In this document: piece after piece, positions 30,071 through 40,060 of the stretch
How the letters are laid out: each line of letters begins with the position of its first letter
Numbering within the stretch: the first letter of the stretch is position 1
NCBI GenBank assembly: GCA_965223705.1
Contig: OZ245015.1
Coordinates: 2,464,001-2,528,000 of the forward strand
DNA from: Myxococcota bacterium
GTDB lineage: Bacteria > Myxococcota_A > UBA9160 > UBA6930
Direction of reading: 5' to 3'
Length of the DNA stretch: 64,000 nucleotides
Made by a program: the position numbers and the translations under genes
The notes under the pieces: model-generated
What the model saw: the letters and a program-made list of their open reading frames with translations, nothing else
Database searches by the model: none
Told to the model about the DNA's origin: nothing

Positions 30071-31122
30071 CGCGCGGGGAGGTGTTGCCGCGCGTCGCTG
30101 TGATTCCCGGCGACGACGCCGCCCCGGAAGCCATGGAAGCCGCGATGCGGGTTCTCGAGGCGCTGGCACCGCCCGTCACATGGGAACGTCTGCCGGCGGG
30201 CGCCGAGCTCGGCGCGATGCCCGAAGCCTCGCGTGCGGCGTTCGTGGAAGAGCGCATCGATGCCGCGGATTCGGTTCTCTTTGGCGCGACCAACGGAACG
30301 ACTCCCGGCATCGTTCATATGCGCTGGGGCCGGCAGACTTTCGCGAACGTCCGACCGATTCGTTGGCGCCCCGGGTTTCGCTCCCCCTTGGCGGCGCCCG
30401 AATCCATGGACTACGTCATCGTCCGGGAGAACCTCGAGGACCTGTACGTCGGGGTGATGGGGGATCTCGCCGATCTCGTCGAGGCCGGTCTGACGAACCC
30501 GCGCTCCCGCGTCCCGAAATCGAGCGACGGGCGCTATGCCGCGAAGGTCATCACACGAGAGGGCACGGAGCGCGTCGCGCGTTTCTCGTGCGAGCTCGCG
30601 ATGCGTCGGCGCGGAAAGCTCACCGTGTCGGCAAAGACGAACATGCTGCCCGCCACGGATCGCTTCTTCTGCCGCATCGTGCGCGAAGTGGCTTCGGGGT
30701 ATCCCGAACTCGAGTTCGAGGAATTCATCGTCGACGACATGGCGAGCCGGTTGATCCAGAACCCGGGCGCACTCGACGTCCTGCTACTGCCGAACCTCTA
30801 CGGGGATATCCTGTCGGACGAGGCTGCGGCCACACTGGGAGGCCTCGGCCTCGCGCCCTCGGGTTGCTTCGGTGCCGACTTCGCGTATTTCGAACCGTCT
30901 CACGGAACTGCGCCCGACCTCGCGGGCACCGGCATGATCAACCCGACGGCCATGCTCCTCTCGGCCGCGATGCTCCTCGAACACCTCGGCTTGCCGGGCG
31001 ACGCCCTTCGCCTCGACGAAGCCGTCGGACGGGTCTACGCCGAAGGCAGGAGCCTCACCCGAGACCAGGGCGGCACCGCGGGCGCCGCCGCGTTCGCCGA
31101 GGCCGTGTGCGACGTGCTCTAG
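30067..31122 (+). CDS. Isocitrate/isopropylmalate dehydrogenase family protein
   Basis: FANVRP, RENLEDLY, KTNML, NLYGDILSD, EPSHGTAPDLAG; GTGA overlap with the upstream gene. Confidence 0.9.
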   Translation: MTRGEVLPRVAVIPGDDAAPEAMEAAMRVLEALAPPVTWERLPAGAELGAMPEASRAAFVEERIDAADSVLFGATNGTTPGIVHMRWGRQTFANVRPIRWRPGFRSPLAAPESMDYVIVRENLEDLYVGVMGDLADLVEAGLTNPRSRVPKSSDGRYAAKVITREGTERVARFSCELAMRRRGKLTVSAKTNMLPATDRFFCRIVREVASGYPELEFEEFIVDDMASRLIQNPGALDVLLLPNLYGDILSDEAAATLGGLGLAPSGCFGADFAYFEPSHGTAPDLAGTGMINPTAMLLSAAMLLEHLGLPGDALRLDEAVGRVYAEGRSLTRDQGGTAGAAAFAEAVCDVL

Positions 31123-31250
31123 GTGATACGCTTCGCGACCCAACCCGGAGGAAACTGAGTGGCAGCGGCAATGCCGGCGGGGAATCCGATCGAGGTCGCC
31201 TGCGGGAATTCACAGCCCCCGACCGCGCGGCGATGAAGAACGGGTAAGGC

Positions 31251-32000
31251 ATGGGAGAGTTCGCGGGACGCCGCGTCCTCATCACGGGATCGACCCGCGG
31301 AATCGGCAACGCCCTCGCTCGACACTTCATCCGCGAAGGGGCGAGCGTGGCCGTCCACGGTCGGCGCGCGGACACCGTCGAACAGGCGATGACCGAACTG
31401 GGCGCGACCTGCGGCGCTCACGGTGATCTCCAGTCTGCCGACGGATGCGCGTCGGTGGTCGCGGACGCACTTCGCGGACTGGGCGGCCTCGACACCCTCA
31501 TCAACAACGCCGGCGTGTTTCCCATCGCGAGCGTCGAGGACACCGACGAGGCGACTTGGGACGAGGCGATGGCCGCCAACGTCAAGAGCGCGTTTTTCGC
31601 GACCCGGGCCGCGCTCCCCGCGCTGCGCGAACGCGGGGGAGTGGTCATCAACCACGCTTCCATCGCGGGACTCATCGGGTTGTCAAACGTCGCCGCGTAC
31701 TGCGCTTCAAAGGGCGCCGTCGTCAATTTGACACGCGCTCTCGCCATGGAACTCGCGCCAGAAGTCCGCGTGAACTGCGTGTGTCCGACCACCGTCGACA
31801 ACGAGATGGGCTGGACCGGCTTTCGGCGGTCCGAGGATCCCGAGGCCGCCTACGCAGCGTTCGCCGAAGGGGCGAAGCTCAAACGCTTGGCCACCGAAGC
31901 GGACGTGGTCGAGGCGATCGCGTTTCTCGCGTCGCCCCGCGCGGCGTTCATGAACGGCGTGGCCCTACCTGTCGACGGCGGTAAATCCGCCGGGGCTTGA
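31251..32000 (+). CDS. Short-chain dehydrogenase/reductase
   Basis: TGSTRGIG, NNAG, YCASK. Confidence 0.9.
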   Translation: MGEFAGRRVLITGSTRGIGNALARHFIREGASVAVHGRRADTVEQAMTELGATCGAHGDLQSADGCASVVADALRGLGGLDTLINNAGVFPIASVEDTDEATWDEAMAANVKSAFFATRAALPALRERGGVVINHASIAGLIGLSNVAAYCASKGAVVNLTRALAMELAPEVRVNCVCPTTVDNEMGWTGFRRSEDPEAAYAAFAEGAKLKRLATEADVVEAIAFLASPRAAFMNGVALPVDGGKSAGA

Positions 32001-32007
32001 CCCCCGG

Positions 32008-32685
32008 TTACTTGGGCTGCACCGGGGGGTCGGGCACCGACATCGTGTCGTAGACCTCTTCGTCGGTCATCGTGTAGAGGTCCAACCCAGGCGGAAGCTC
32101 CATCGGCGGATCCGAGGGATCGACCGGCGGGTTCTTCACCTTGCCGCCCTGGGAGACGAACGGGGCCGGTGCCTTGAACCGCTTGAGCTCTTCCGCACTG
32201 ATCCCTACGAGCTCTTGGACCTCCGGGTCGATCCAGGCTTCTTGATCGATGACTTCTTCGGACGTCGCGAACTCGAGCATCAAGCCCTCGGGCCCAGCGA
32301 AGTAAATCGACTTGCAGAGCCCGTGATCGATCGGCCCCCACACCCAGACGTCGTGCGAACGCAGACGATCGCGAATGGCGTAGAGATCCTCTTCGCTATC
32401 GACGTTCATTGCCACGTGCTGCATCGCGCCGGGCGCAACGGGCGACGCGGTCCACCGCGCATGAGAGACGTCGAGCTCCGGCTCGGTCTCCTGGATGTCC
32501 GGGTTCTGAACGAACGCGATGTACGCGTTGCCCATGCGCAAGAACCCGTGGAAGGTGTTCGGCACACCGTGCATCCAGTAGAGAGCGTGCAGCTCCATGC
32601 CGCAGGCTTCGGTGAAGAACTCGATCTGGCGCTTGATGTCTTTGGTGGCGATCGCCAAGTGATGAAGGCCGTTGGGAAGTCCCAT
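32008..32685 (-). CDS. VOC/glyoxalase family protein
   Basis: GLHHLAI, MQHVA, SIYFAGPEGLMLEF; AAGGAG RBS. Confidence 0.85.
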   Translation of the reverse strand: MGLPNGLHHLAIATKDIKRQIEFFTEACGMELHALYWMHGVPNTFHGFLRMGNAYIAFVQNPDIQETEPELDVSHARWTASPVAPGAMQHVAMNVDSEEDLYAIRDRLRSHDVWVWGPIDHGLCKSIYFAGPEGLMLEFATSEEVIDQEAWIDPEVQELVGISAEELKRFKAPAPFVSQGGKVKNPPVDPSDPPMELPPGLDLYTMTDEEVYDTMSVPDPPVQPK

Positions 32686-32712
32686 GGTGTCCTCCTTGAC
32701 CCGCGAGTCTAG

Positions 32713-33690
32713 CTAACGGATGGCGACGGGGTTAATGATCATCTGAACGGCCCCTTCGAGCCGCGCCTGACCCAGCACGAACATGAATTCCCAGCCCTCG
32801 TCGGCGACCAACTCCCGGGTGACCATGTTCTCGAGGATGTAGATGCCGCGTTTCGCCAGCAGCTCCTGATGAACCGGGAACGGGTCGCCGTTCTCGCTGG
32901 GATAGACCTCTGTCCCGTAGGTGTCGGCACCGATGGCCACCACGTTCTTCGACGCCAGATATTTCGCGCCCCCCATGCTGAGCCCCGGAATCGACTTCAT
33001 GAACCGCGCCTGATCGATCTCCGCCATCTCGAGGTAACCCGTGTGAAGCAACACGACGTCGCCTTCCCCGAGTGCAATGGACTGCCGCGCGAGGGCGCCG
33101 TCGATTTCCGGCTGGTTGATCGGCGTCCCTTCTTTCAGCATCTCGAAGCCGCCGACCGTCATCACGCGATCGGGCGCGCGCGTCTTCATGTAGCCGACGA
33201 TATCGAGGACGATGCCGCGCGCGACGATCGGAGGAATGTCCGCTGTAGAGAGCTTCTTGAGCCCGCCGGGAGAAAAGAAATCGCGAACGTGATTGCCGTT
33301 GTAGTAGCGGTGATTGATACCGACATGTCCCAGCCCATCGATCTGGGAACCGACGCCCATAAATGTCATGACCCAGTCGTCGTTGGTCGTAAAGCCCGCG
33401 TCGCCCCACGGATCGCCGGTGCCATCGAGGACGCCGCCGTGGCTCACCGCGAACAGTTCAAACGTCCGTGCGCCGAAGGCCGGTGTTTCGCGGCTGGTCA
33501 CCTGCCCGAGGGCGTAGCGCTTGCCGGTCCGAATGAGCTTTGCCGCGGCGAGGACGCTCGCTTCACTGATCTCGTTGACGGAGCCCAGCGTATCGTCCTT
33601 GCCCCACTTCGAGGGGTACCAATCCTCGGCGTGGCTCGCGCCCGCCGCGAAGAACACCAACCCGAGCATCCCCGCAAAACATCGCTTCAT
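32713..33690 (-). CDS. Cyclase family (kynurenine-formamidase-like) protein with signal peptide
   Basis: WGKDD.LG, GSQIDGLGH, GDVVLLHTG, FPVHQELL, NPVAIR; alternative ATG at 33693. Confidence 0.85.
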   Translation of the reverse strand: MKRCFAGMLGLVFFAAGASHAEDWYPSKWGKDDTLGSVNEISEASVLAAAKLIRTGKRYALGQVTSRETPAFGARTFELFAVSHGGVLDGTGDPWGDAGFTTNDDWVMTFMGVGSQIDGLGHVGINHRYYNGNHVRDFFSPGGLKKLSTADIPPIVARGIVLDIVGYMKTRAPDRVMTVGGFEMLKEGTPINQPEIDGALARQSIALGEGDVVLLHTGYLEMAEIDQARFMKSIPGLSMGGAKYLASKNVVAIGADTYGTEVYPSENGDPFPVHQELLAKRGIYILENMVTRELVADEGWEFMFVLGQARLEGAVQMIINPVAIR

Positions 33691-33709
33691 CATCTCTCCT
33701 TCGCTGCCT

Positions 33710-34435
33710 CTACCAGTTTTCTCGTGACGTACGGACATCGACTTCGAAGGTCCACGCCTGCGGCCGTTGTCGGTACAGATAAACGAACGCGTCGGCCAGT
33801 CCTTCGAGGCTGATCATCCCTTCTTCGCCCATTTGCTCCGCGAGGTCGGGGAACCGCGTCTTGATCTTCTCGCCGCCGATCGGTCCGTCCACCACCACGT
33901 GTCCGACGTGGATCCCGTCTTCGGCGTATTCCTTCGCCAGGGCTTGAGCGAGTGTCCGGAGACCGGCCTTGCTCGAGTTGAACGCCCCGAAGTTCGCCCG
34001 ACCCCGCATCGACGCGCTCGCACCCGTGAAGAGCAGCGCCCCGCCCCGTCCCTTCATCTCACGAACCGCCTCGCGGCCGAAGAGAAACCCGCCGAAACAG
34101 CACACCCGCCAGCTCGTTTCGAAGTACTCCGCCGTCATTTCGTCGATGCGACCCGGTGTGTTGTTGCCCACGTTGTAGAGCGCGAGTTGGATGTCGCCGT
34201 CCCCCGTCGATCGCGCGGTCTCGAACAAGCGCTGCGTATCGACCTCGGAGGTGGCATCCGCGACGACGGGAGTCGCTTGGCCCCCCGAGTCGGCGACCGC
34301 GCGGGCCACGGCGGCGACTTTCGCTTCCGTGCGACCCGCCACGAACACGTGGAGTCCTTCGCCCGCAAAGCGCAAGCACAGCTGCCCGCCCAAACCCTCG
34401 ATCGGGCCGACGCCTTGAATGATGGCCTTATCCAT
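33710..34435 (-). CDS. SDR family oxidoreductase
   Basis: GVGP.EGLG, FTGASASMRG, SKAGLR, HVVVDG. Confidence 0.88.
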   Translation of the reverse strand: MDKAIIQGVGPIEGLGGQLCLRFAGEGLHVFVAGRTEAKVAAVARAVADSGGQATPVVADATSEVDTQRLFETARSTGDGDIQLALYNVGNNTPGRIDEMTAEYFETSWRVCCFGGFLFGREAVREMKGRGGALLFTGASASMRGRANFGAFNSSKAGLRTLAQALAKEYAEDGIHVGHVVVDGPIGGEKIKTRFPDLAEQMGEEGMISLEGLADAFVYLYRQRPQAWTFEVDVRTSRENW

Positions 34436-35396
34436 CTGCTCCTCCTTCGGGTGCCGGCGCCAATCGTACGCGGTAGTCGACGCGCGGGAAATGAACGCGA
34501 ACGTGTCGAAGCTCCGGGTCGTCTCGATCGATCGCGATCCGACGTTCCGACAGACTCGCGAGGCGACCGAAACTCGCAGAGGAGTGGTCGTCGCTCGGAG
34601 TCACGCTGACGAGGGCGCCGGACGCAAGGCCCAGGGGATTCTCGGCGACGGGACCGGAGTCGATCGTCGGCGAAGCGCCCGTGGCTCGATCGAGCGCGGC
34701 CTTTGCGTCGCAGGGCAACGCACGACCGTTACCGATCGCGGCGACGCGCGCCATCCACGCACGAGTCTTGGGGCAGCCGTGAAGCAAGCCCGGCGGGCGC
34801 TCGCCGCTGATGCACTCGAGCAGGAACAAGGGGTGGTAGACCGTAAAATCTGCGAGTCCAGGCGCGTCACCCAGCAAGAATCCGGCCTCGGGGAGAAGCG
34901 CTTCGAGCCATGCCAACTGGGGTTCGAGCTGCGCGAGGTTCTTCGCGGCCGAAGCTTTCACGCGCGCGAGGTCTCCCACGGGTTTTCCGTGCAAGCGAGC
35001 GCGATCTTCGTGGAAGGAAGGTGGAAATCGGTCGGCGTGGTGGGCCGTGATGTACCGCGCCAGTGGCCAGAGAAACTGGCTTTCGGCCCAGTAACCGAGG
35101 GTCCAGGTCCACGCCTCGCTGTGGGCGGGGTCCGCCCCGGGGAACAAGGTCGGCTCCGGAACACGCTTCTCGAGAAATTCGGCGATCAGCCGCGTGTCGC
35201 ACAGGACGTCGGCACCGATCTGGAGCGCCGGCGTTCGGCGATACCCGCCGGTGAGCGGTTCGTAGAGGGGTTTCGGCGAAGTCGACGGGATCGTGACCGA
35301 GTACCAGTCGATCTCTTTCAGCCCGAAGACCAATCGGATTTTCTCGGAAAAGTTCGAGAACGCGTAGTGGTGGAAGATGGGTGCCGAGTCATTCAC
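34428..35396 (-). CDS. Glutathione S-transferase family protein
   Basis: HHYAFSNFSEK, GGYRRTPALQIGADVLCDT, VHFPR. Confidence 0.88.
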   Translation of the reverse strand: MNDSAPIFHHYAFSNFSEKIRLVFGLKEIDWYSVTIPSTSPKPLYEPLTGGYRRTPALQIGADVLCDTRLIAEFLEKRVPEPTLFPGADPAHSEAWTWTLGYWAESQFLWPLARYITAHHADRFPPSFHEDRARLHGKPVGDLARVKASAAKNLAQLEPQLAWLEALLPEAGFLLGDAPGLADFTVYHPLFLLECISGERPPGLLHGCPKTRAWMARVAAIGNGRALPCDAKAALDRATGASPTIDSGPVAENPLGLASGALVSVTPSDDHSSASFGRLASLSERRIAIDRDDPELRHVRVHFPRVDYRVRLAPAPEGGADG

Positions 35397-35412
35397 GGCG
35401 AGCGTCGCCCGA

Positions 35413-36189
35413 TCAGCCCGCGCTGTAGGCCATGCCGCCGTCGATCTTGATCACGCTACCGGTCGTGTAGGCGGACGCATCACTCGCGAGGTAGAGGGCG
35501 GCTCCGACCACTTCTTCGGGCTGACCGACGCGTCCCGCCGGGACGAACTTTCGGATCTCGTCGAAGACCTCTTCGCTCCATGCCTTGCTGATGTCGGTGC
35601 CAAAGGCGCCGGGCATGATGCAGTTGACCCGGACCTTCGGTGCGAAGACCCGCGCCATACCCATCGTCAAGTTGTTGATCCCCGCTTTTGCCGCGCCGTA
35701 CGCGATCTCTCGGGGTGACGGAGCGACCGCCGCGGTGCTGCTCACGTTGATGATCGAGCCGCCGTCTTCCTCCGCCATTCGCGTGCCGAACAGCGAACTC
35801 AAGCGAAACGGGCCTTTCAGATTGATCTCGAGAACCTTGTCGTAGAGGGCTTCGGTGACCGACACCAAGGAGTCGTACAGCGGCGAAAGCCCGGCATTGT
35901 TGACCAACACGTCTGCCCGACCGAACTCGCGGTACGTCGCTTCGTAGAGCGCATCGCACTGATCCCAGTAGCCGACGTGGCACGCCACCGGTAGCGCGCG
36001 ACGCCCGGTCTCTTTCTCGACTTCCTGCGCGAGCGTTTCGCAGGCTTCGATCTTGCGGCTCGCGATGACGACGTCCGCGCCCTGTCTCGCGAACGCGAGC
36101 ACCATTTCGCGGCCGAGCCCGCGGCTACCCCCGGTGACGACGGCGACGCGGCCGTCGAGGCTGAACAATGAAGCGGCGACTTGTGACAT
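35413..36189 (-). CDS. Short-chain dehydrogenase/reductase
   Basis: TGGSRGLG, NNAG, YGAAK. Confidence 0.9.
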   Translation of the reverse strand: MSQVAASLFSLDGRVAVVTGGSRGLGREMVLAFARQGADVVIASRKIEACETLAQEVEKETGRRALPVACHVGYWDQCDALYEATYREFGRADVLVNNAGLSPLYDSLVSVTEALYDKVLEINLKGPFRLSSLFGTRMAEEDGGSIINVSSTAAVAPSPREIAYGAAKAGINNLTMGMARVFAPKVRVNCIMPGAFGTDISKAWSEEVFDEIRKFVPAGRVGQPEEVVGAALYLASDASAYTTGSVIKIDGGMAYSAG

Positions 36190-36225
36190 CCCGGAACCGT
36201 CGCACGTCTTCAACCGCCGCGCCCC

Positions 36226-36807
36226 TTACGCTCGAGCGAGTTCCTCCTCCGCCCGCTCGACCGAGACCGCCAGCAACCGGCATGCGAGATCTTCGTCGGA
36301 AACCGCGCGTGCGAGGGTCAAGCCGCCCACACAGAGAACCAGCGCGGCCACGGCACGCGCGTCGCGAGAGCGAGCCGCGGGCAACCCGCGGGCGAGCTCG
36401 TCCAGTAGCTCGTCCACTTTTTCCGAGACCGCCGCGCGGCCCGCAGCGGGTCCGCGCGTGATCTCGAGGGCCAACGCCGCCAAGTTGCAGCCCTCGCCGA
36501 CTTTCGTGCGGTGGTCCGGATGGAGGTAGCCCCGAATCACTTCGATCGCTCCGGCGCGGAGTTCCTCGTCGGAGCCGGCCGGGCGCGCGCGGAGTCGCTC
36601 GATGAAGTCATAGGGGCCCCGCAGCACCTCGACGAAGAGCTCCGTCTTCGAGCGGAAGTGTCCGTAGAAACCACCGCGGGTGAGCCGCGCTGCGGACATC
36701 ACGTCGTCGATGGCGGTCCCTCGGAAGCCGCGCTTTCTGAACAAGCGTCCGGCGTGCCGCAGCACGGAGCGGCGAACGCGCTGTTTGTGTTCGGGGCGAT
36801 ATCGCAT
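36226..36807 (-). CDS. TetR/AcrR family transcriptional regulator
   Basis: HTH IDDVMSAARLTRGGFYGHFRSK. Confidence 0.92.
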   Translation of the reverse strand: MRYRPEHKQRVRRSVLRHAGRLFRKRGFRGTAIDDVMSAARLTRGGFYGHFRSKTELFVEVLRGPYDFIERLRARPAGSDEELRAGAIEVIRGYLHPDHRTKVGEGCNLAALALEITRGPAAGRAAVSEKVDELLDELARGLPAARSRDARAVAALVLCVGGLTLARAVSDEDLACRLLAVSVERAEEELARA

Positions 36808-36824
36808 CTCGAGAATATCCTGGA

Positions 36825-36866
36825 TTGCATGACGTTTGTCATGCTATTAATATGACAAACGTCATG
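36825..36866. promoter_or_regulatory. Twin TetR-type operators overlapping a sigma70-like promoter
   Basis: Two ATGAC-N4-GTCAT boxes forming a perfect 15-bp inverted repeat (36828-36842 / 36852-36866); TTGCAT-N17-TAATAT at 36825-36853. Confidence 0.75.
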
Positions 36867-36893
36867 TTAAAACGACACAAAGGAGTGGCCGCC

Positions 36894-37658
36894 GTGCCTT
36901 CCCCCGAACTGCTGCAGTTCCGCTATTCGCATTTCAACGAAAAAGCCCGTTGGGGCCTCGATTGGAAAGGCGTCGCACACGAGCGCACGTCGCTTCTCCC
37001 GGGGCCCCATGCCGGGCGCGTGCGGCGCCTGACCGGCCAGACATCCGTCCCTGTCGTGATTTTTGAAGATGGCCCCGTGCACGGATCGGCGGCGATCCTC
37101 GAGGCTCTGGAGGAGCGCTACCCGCAGCCCCCGCTATTCCCCAGAGAAGCGTCGGAGCTCGCCGCCTACCGCGAGCTCGCGGCCCACTTTGACGAGGTCG
37201 TCGCGCCCGCGGTCCGGCGAGCACTCTTCTTCCGCCTGCAACACAACGCGTCGTACATGTGCCGGATGTTCGCCGAAGGCCAGCCCGGGGCCCGGCGGTG
37301 GATGTATCGAGCCCTGCTCCCGTTCGCGATGGGAAAGATCCGCAACGCCTACCAACTCGACGATCCGGTCGCGGCGAAGCGAGCCGAAGAAATCCTGCTC
37401 GCCGCTCTCGACGAGGTCGCGTCGCGGACGAGGCGCACGGGTTATCTCTTGGGCGATCGCTTCACCGCGGCCGATCTCACCGCGGCGGCGATCCTCGCGG
37501 TCTGTTGCGATCCGCCCGGAAGCACGATGGAACGGCCCGTGCCCCAACCCGAAGCCTTGGCCTCCTTCACCGCCTCGGTAGCCGACCACCCGGCGATCGC
37601 CTGGGTTCTCGAGATGTATGAGCGACATCGCCGCGGCGCTGGCGCTCGGGCGCAATAA
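36894..37658 (+). CDS. Glutathione S-transferase family protein
   Basis: SHFNEKARW, TSVPV, GSAAIL, FTAADL; AAGGAG RBS before GTG. Confidence 0.88.
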   Translation: MPSPELLQFRYSHFNEKARWGLDWKGVAHERTSLLPGPHAGRVRRLTGQTSVPVVIFEDGPVHGSAAILEALEERYPQPPLFPREASELAAYRELAAHFDEVVAPAVRRALFFRLQHNASYMCRMFAEGQPGARRWMYRALLPFAMGKIRNAYQLDDPVAAKRAEEILLAALDEVASRTRRTGYLLGDRFTAADLTAAAILAVCCDPPGSTMERPVPQPEALASFTASVADHPAIAWVLEMYERHRRGAGARAQ

Positions 37659-37692
37659 GGACCACGATCGACTTCCTCACCCAGGAGGCGGC

Positions 37693-38664
37693 ATGGTCCA
37701 AGCGATCCGGATCCACGAACACGGCGGCGCCGACAAGATGCGGCTCGAGGACATCGAGTTGCCGGAGCCCGGCCCGGGCGAGGCGCGAGTGCGCATCGCG
37801 GCGGCGGGGGTGAACTTCGTCGACGTCTATCTCCGCACGGGTCTCTATCCGAGTCCGCTTCCGCTCGGCCTCGGCCTCGAGGGCGAAGGCATCGTTGAAC
37901 AGGTCGGCGCCGAGGTGGAGCACATCGCCGTGGGCGACCGGGTCGCATGGGCCCGCGCGCCGGGGTCCTACGCGGAAGCGGTCAATGCCAACGCGGATGC
38001 TCTGATCCGCATGCCCGAAGCCATCGAGCCCGGCCTCGGTGCGGCGGCGATGCTTCAGGGAATGACTGCACACTATCTGGCCCACGGTGTGCGCGAGACC
38101 CGGCCGGGAGACATCGCGCTCGTGCACGCGGCCGCTGGGGGAACGGGCCTCTTATTGGTGCAGCTTCTCGTCAAGGCCGGCGCCCGCGTCCTCGGTACGT
38201 GCTCGACCGAGAAAAAGGCCGAGCGCGTCCTCGGGGCCGGTGCGGAGCGTGCCGTCCTCTACACACGCGAGGATTTCGTGGCCGCGTGCCGCGATGCGAC
38301 GGACGGACGCGGCGTCGACGTCGTCTACGATTCCGTCGGCGCCGACACGTTCGACCGCAGCCTCGAGTGTCTGCGGCGACGCGGGCTGATGGCCCTTTTT
38401 GGGCAAGCCAGCGGCCCGGTGCCGCCTTTCGAACTGCAGCGTCTCAACCAGCTGGGCTCGCTCTTCATCACGCGCCCGACGCTGTTCGACTACGCAGCCG
38501 AGCGAAGCGAACTCGAGGAGCGGGCGGACGCAGTGCTCGGTGCGATTGCGGACGGCTCGCTATCAGTTTCGGTGGGCGAGCGCTTCCCGCTTGCGCGAGG
38601 TGCGGATGCGCACCGCGCGCTTGAAGGACGCGGAACGAGCGGAAAGCTGTTGCTGCTAACCTAA
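37693..38664 (+). CDS. qor: NADPH:quinone oxidoreductase (zeta-crystallin-like MDR)
   Basis: [35 protein letters not shown]. Confidence 0.88.
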   Translation: MVQAIRIHEHGGADKMRLEDIELPEPGPGEARVRIAAAGVNFVDVYLRTGLYPSPLPLGLGLEGEGIVEQVGAEVEHIAVGDRVAWARAPGSYAEAVNANADALIRMPEAIEPGLGAAAMLQGMTAHYLAHGVRETRPGDIALVHAAAGGTGLLLVQLLVKAGARVLGTCSTEKKAERVLGAGAERAVLYTREDFVAACRDATDGRGVDVVYDSVGADTFDRSLECLRRRGLMALFGQASGPVPPFELQRLNQLGSLFITRPTLFDYAAERSELEERADAVLGAIADGSLSVSVGERFPLARGADAHRALEGRGTSGKLLLLT

Positions 38665-38684
38665 GGCGAGACCATGGAGGGAGC

Positions 38685-38891
38685 ATGTCGGACCACGTCT
38701 ACAAGACCGTCGAACTGACCGGAACGTCCGAGGAGTCGATCGAAGGGGCCGTCAACGGGGCCCTGAAGCGCGCGAGCAACACGATGCGCGGCCTGCGCTG
38801 GATCGAGGTCACGGAAATTCGCGGCAACGTGGCCGGCGATCACGTCGCGCACTGGCAGGTGTCGATGAAGCTCGGATTCACGCTGGAGTGA
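38685..38891 (+). CDS. Dodecin flavin-binding protein
   Basis: [15 protein letters not shown]...[12 protein letters not shown], 68 aa. Confidence 0.95.
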   Translation: MSDHVYKTVELTGTSEESIEGAVNGALKRASNTMRGLRWIEVTEIRGNVAGDHVAHWQVSMKLGFTLE

Positions 38892-38896
38892 CCTGC

Positions 38897-39325
38897 TCAG
38901 CGTGCGAAGAGTTGTGACAAATCCGAAAAGCCCTTGAACTCCAGCAAATTCGCACTCGGATCCTCAACAAAAAACGTACCCTGCTCGCCGACCTGTCCGG
39001 CGAAGCGGACGCGGGGCGCTACCGCGAACGGATAGTTCTCCGCGCGAAACACCTCGGCTAGGCCCTGCCACCGGTCCATCGATAGGACGACCCCACAGTG
39101 CGGGACCGGCACTTCAGTTCCGTCGACGAGTTGTCGGTGCGGTGGACGGCCGCCGCCGGGGGTGCGGTGACACACGAGCTGGTGCCCGAAAAAGTCGAAA
39201 TCGACCCAGGTCTGCGCGCTCCGCCCTTCGCTGCAGCCGAGAAGTCCGCCGTAGAACTCGCGGCTGGTCTCGAGATCTCGCACGGCCAGTGCGATGTGGA
39301 AGGGCGGACGATCAGGGCGCGACAT
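38897..39325 (-). CDS. VOC family protein
   Basis: PFHIA, WVDFDFFGHQ, VPVPH, GEQGTFFVEDPS.N.LEFK. Confidence 0.88.
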   Translation of the reverse strand: MSRPDRPPFHIALAVRDLETSREFYGGLLGCSEGRSAQTWVDFDFFGHQLVCHRTPGGGRPPHRQLVDGTEVPVPHCGVVLSMDRWQGLAEVFRAENYPFAVAPRVRFAGQVGEQGTFFVEDPSANLLEFKGFSDLSQLFAR

Positions 39326-40019
39326 CGATCTCGAACTTCTGGGACTCCCCGTCCCGCACGACTTCCAAGACCGGAAGCTCGCCACGCGCTGCCTCAACCC
39401 GAGCGAGAAAGTCCGCCGCACTCATCGGGGCTTCGCCGTCGACTCGGACGACTCGATCTCCGGGCTGCAGCCCGCCGACGAGAGCCGGAGAAGCGCGGAC
39501 GACAAACGCGATCCGCACGCCCTTGTCTGGCACGGACGCGTCCTCTTCTGCGTACACGTAGGCCCCGAAGCCGGTGGGTCGGGTTGGACGCGCCCAGAAC
39601 AAAGCGAGCACGCCGGCGGGACGTACGCCGGCCAAAACCGCGCCGGGGCGGACGCCGAGCCCGGGCTCGGGGATCGTCACCGGGGGTTTCAAGGCTGCCA
39701 CGGCCTCCGGCGGCGCAGCCACGTAAAGGGTCACCAGGTGGGCGCCGGCCCTCTTCCCGGCGGCGCGAGCTTCGTTGGCCACTTCGCCCATCCCCGAGCC
39801 CTCGAAGCCCTCGGAACCGATCAGCACGTAGCGGCTCGCGAGGAAGCGCTCGACGTCCGTCTGTAGCTCCCCGCCGCGACGCAGGATGACCTTTCCCTCG
39901 AGCGGCTGAACGCCCGGAAGAGCAGTTCGGCCCCCGCCCCCGGAACACGCGAGCGCGAGTGCCGCCGCGAGGAGGGTGGCGAAACGGCCCGTGCATCCGC
40001 GGTAGAGTTCGCCGTCCAC
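39312..40019 (-). CDS. PDZ-domain lipoprotein
   Basis: Lipobox LALAC; SPALVGGLQPGDRVVRVDG; start uncertain. Confidence 0.7.
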   Translation of the reverse strand: MDGELYRGCTGRFATLLAAALALACSGGGGRTALPGVQPLEGKVILRRGGELQTDVERFLASRYVLIGSEGFEGSGMGEVANEARAAGKRAGAHLVTLYVAAPPEAVAALKPPVTIPEPGLGVRPGAVLAGVRPAGVLALFWARPTRPTGFGAYVYAEEDASVPDKGVRIAFVVRASPALVGGLQPGDRVVRVDGEAPMSAADFLARVEAARGELPVLEVVRDGESQKFEIDVAP

Positions 40020-40060
40020 AGCGGCATTGTAATTCGGAAACAGCCAGCGCGAGGATCTCC

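Noticed and set aside
31123..31250. Intergenic stretches (also 11455-11631) as possible ncRNA, riboswitch or small ORF
   Set aside because: No recognisable RNA family motif or convincing structure by eye; a covariance-model search would be needed.
31999..32031. GACCCCCGGT...ACCGGGGGGTC inverted repeat between convergent genes
   Set aside because: Mostly inside the VOC coding end and without a U-tract; too weak to call a terminator.
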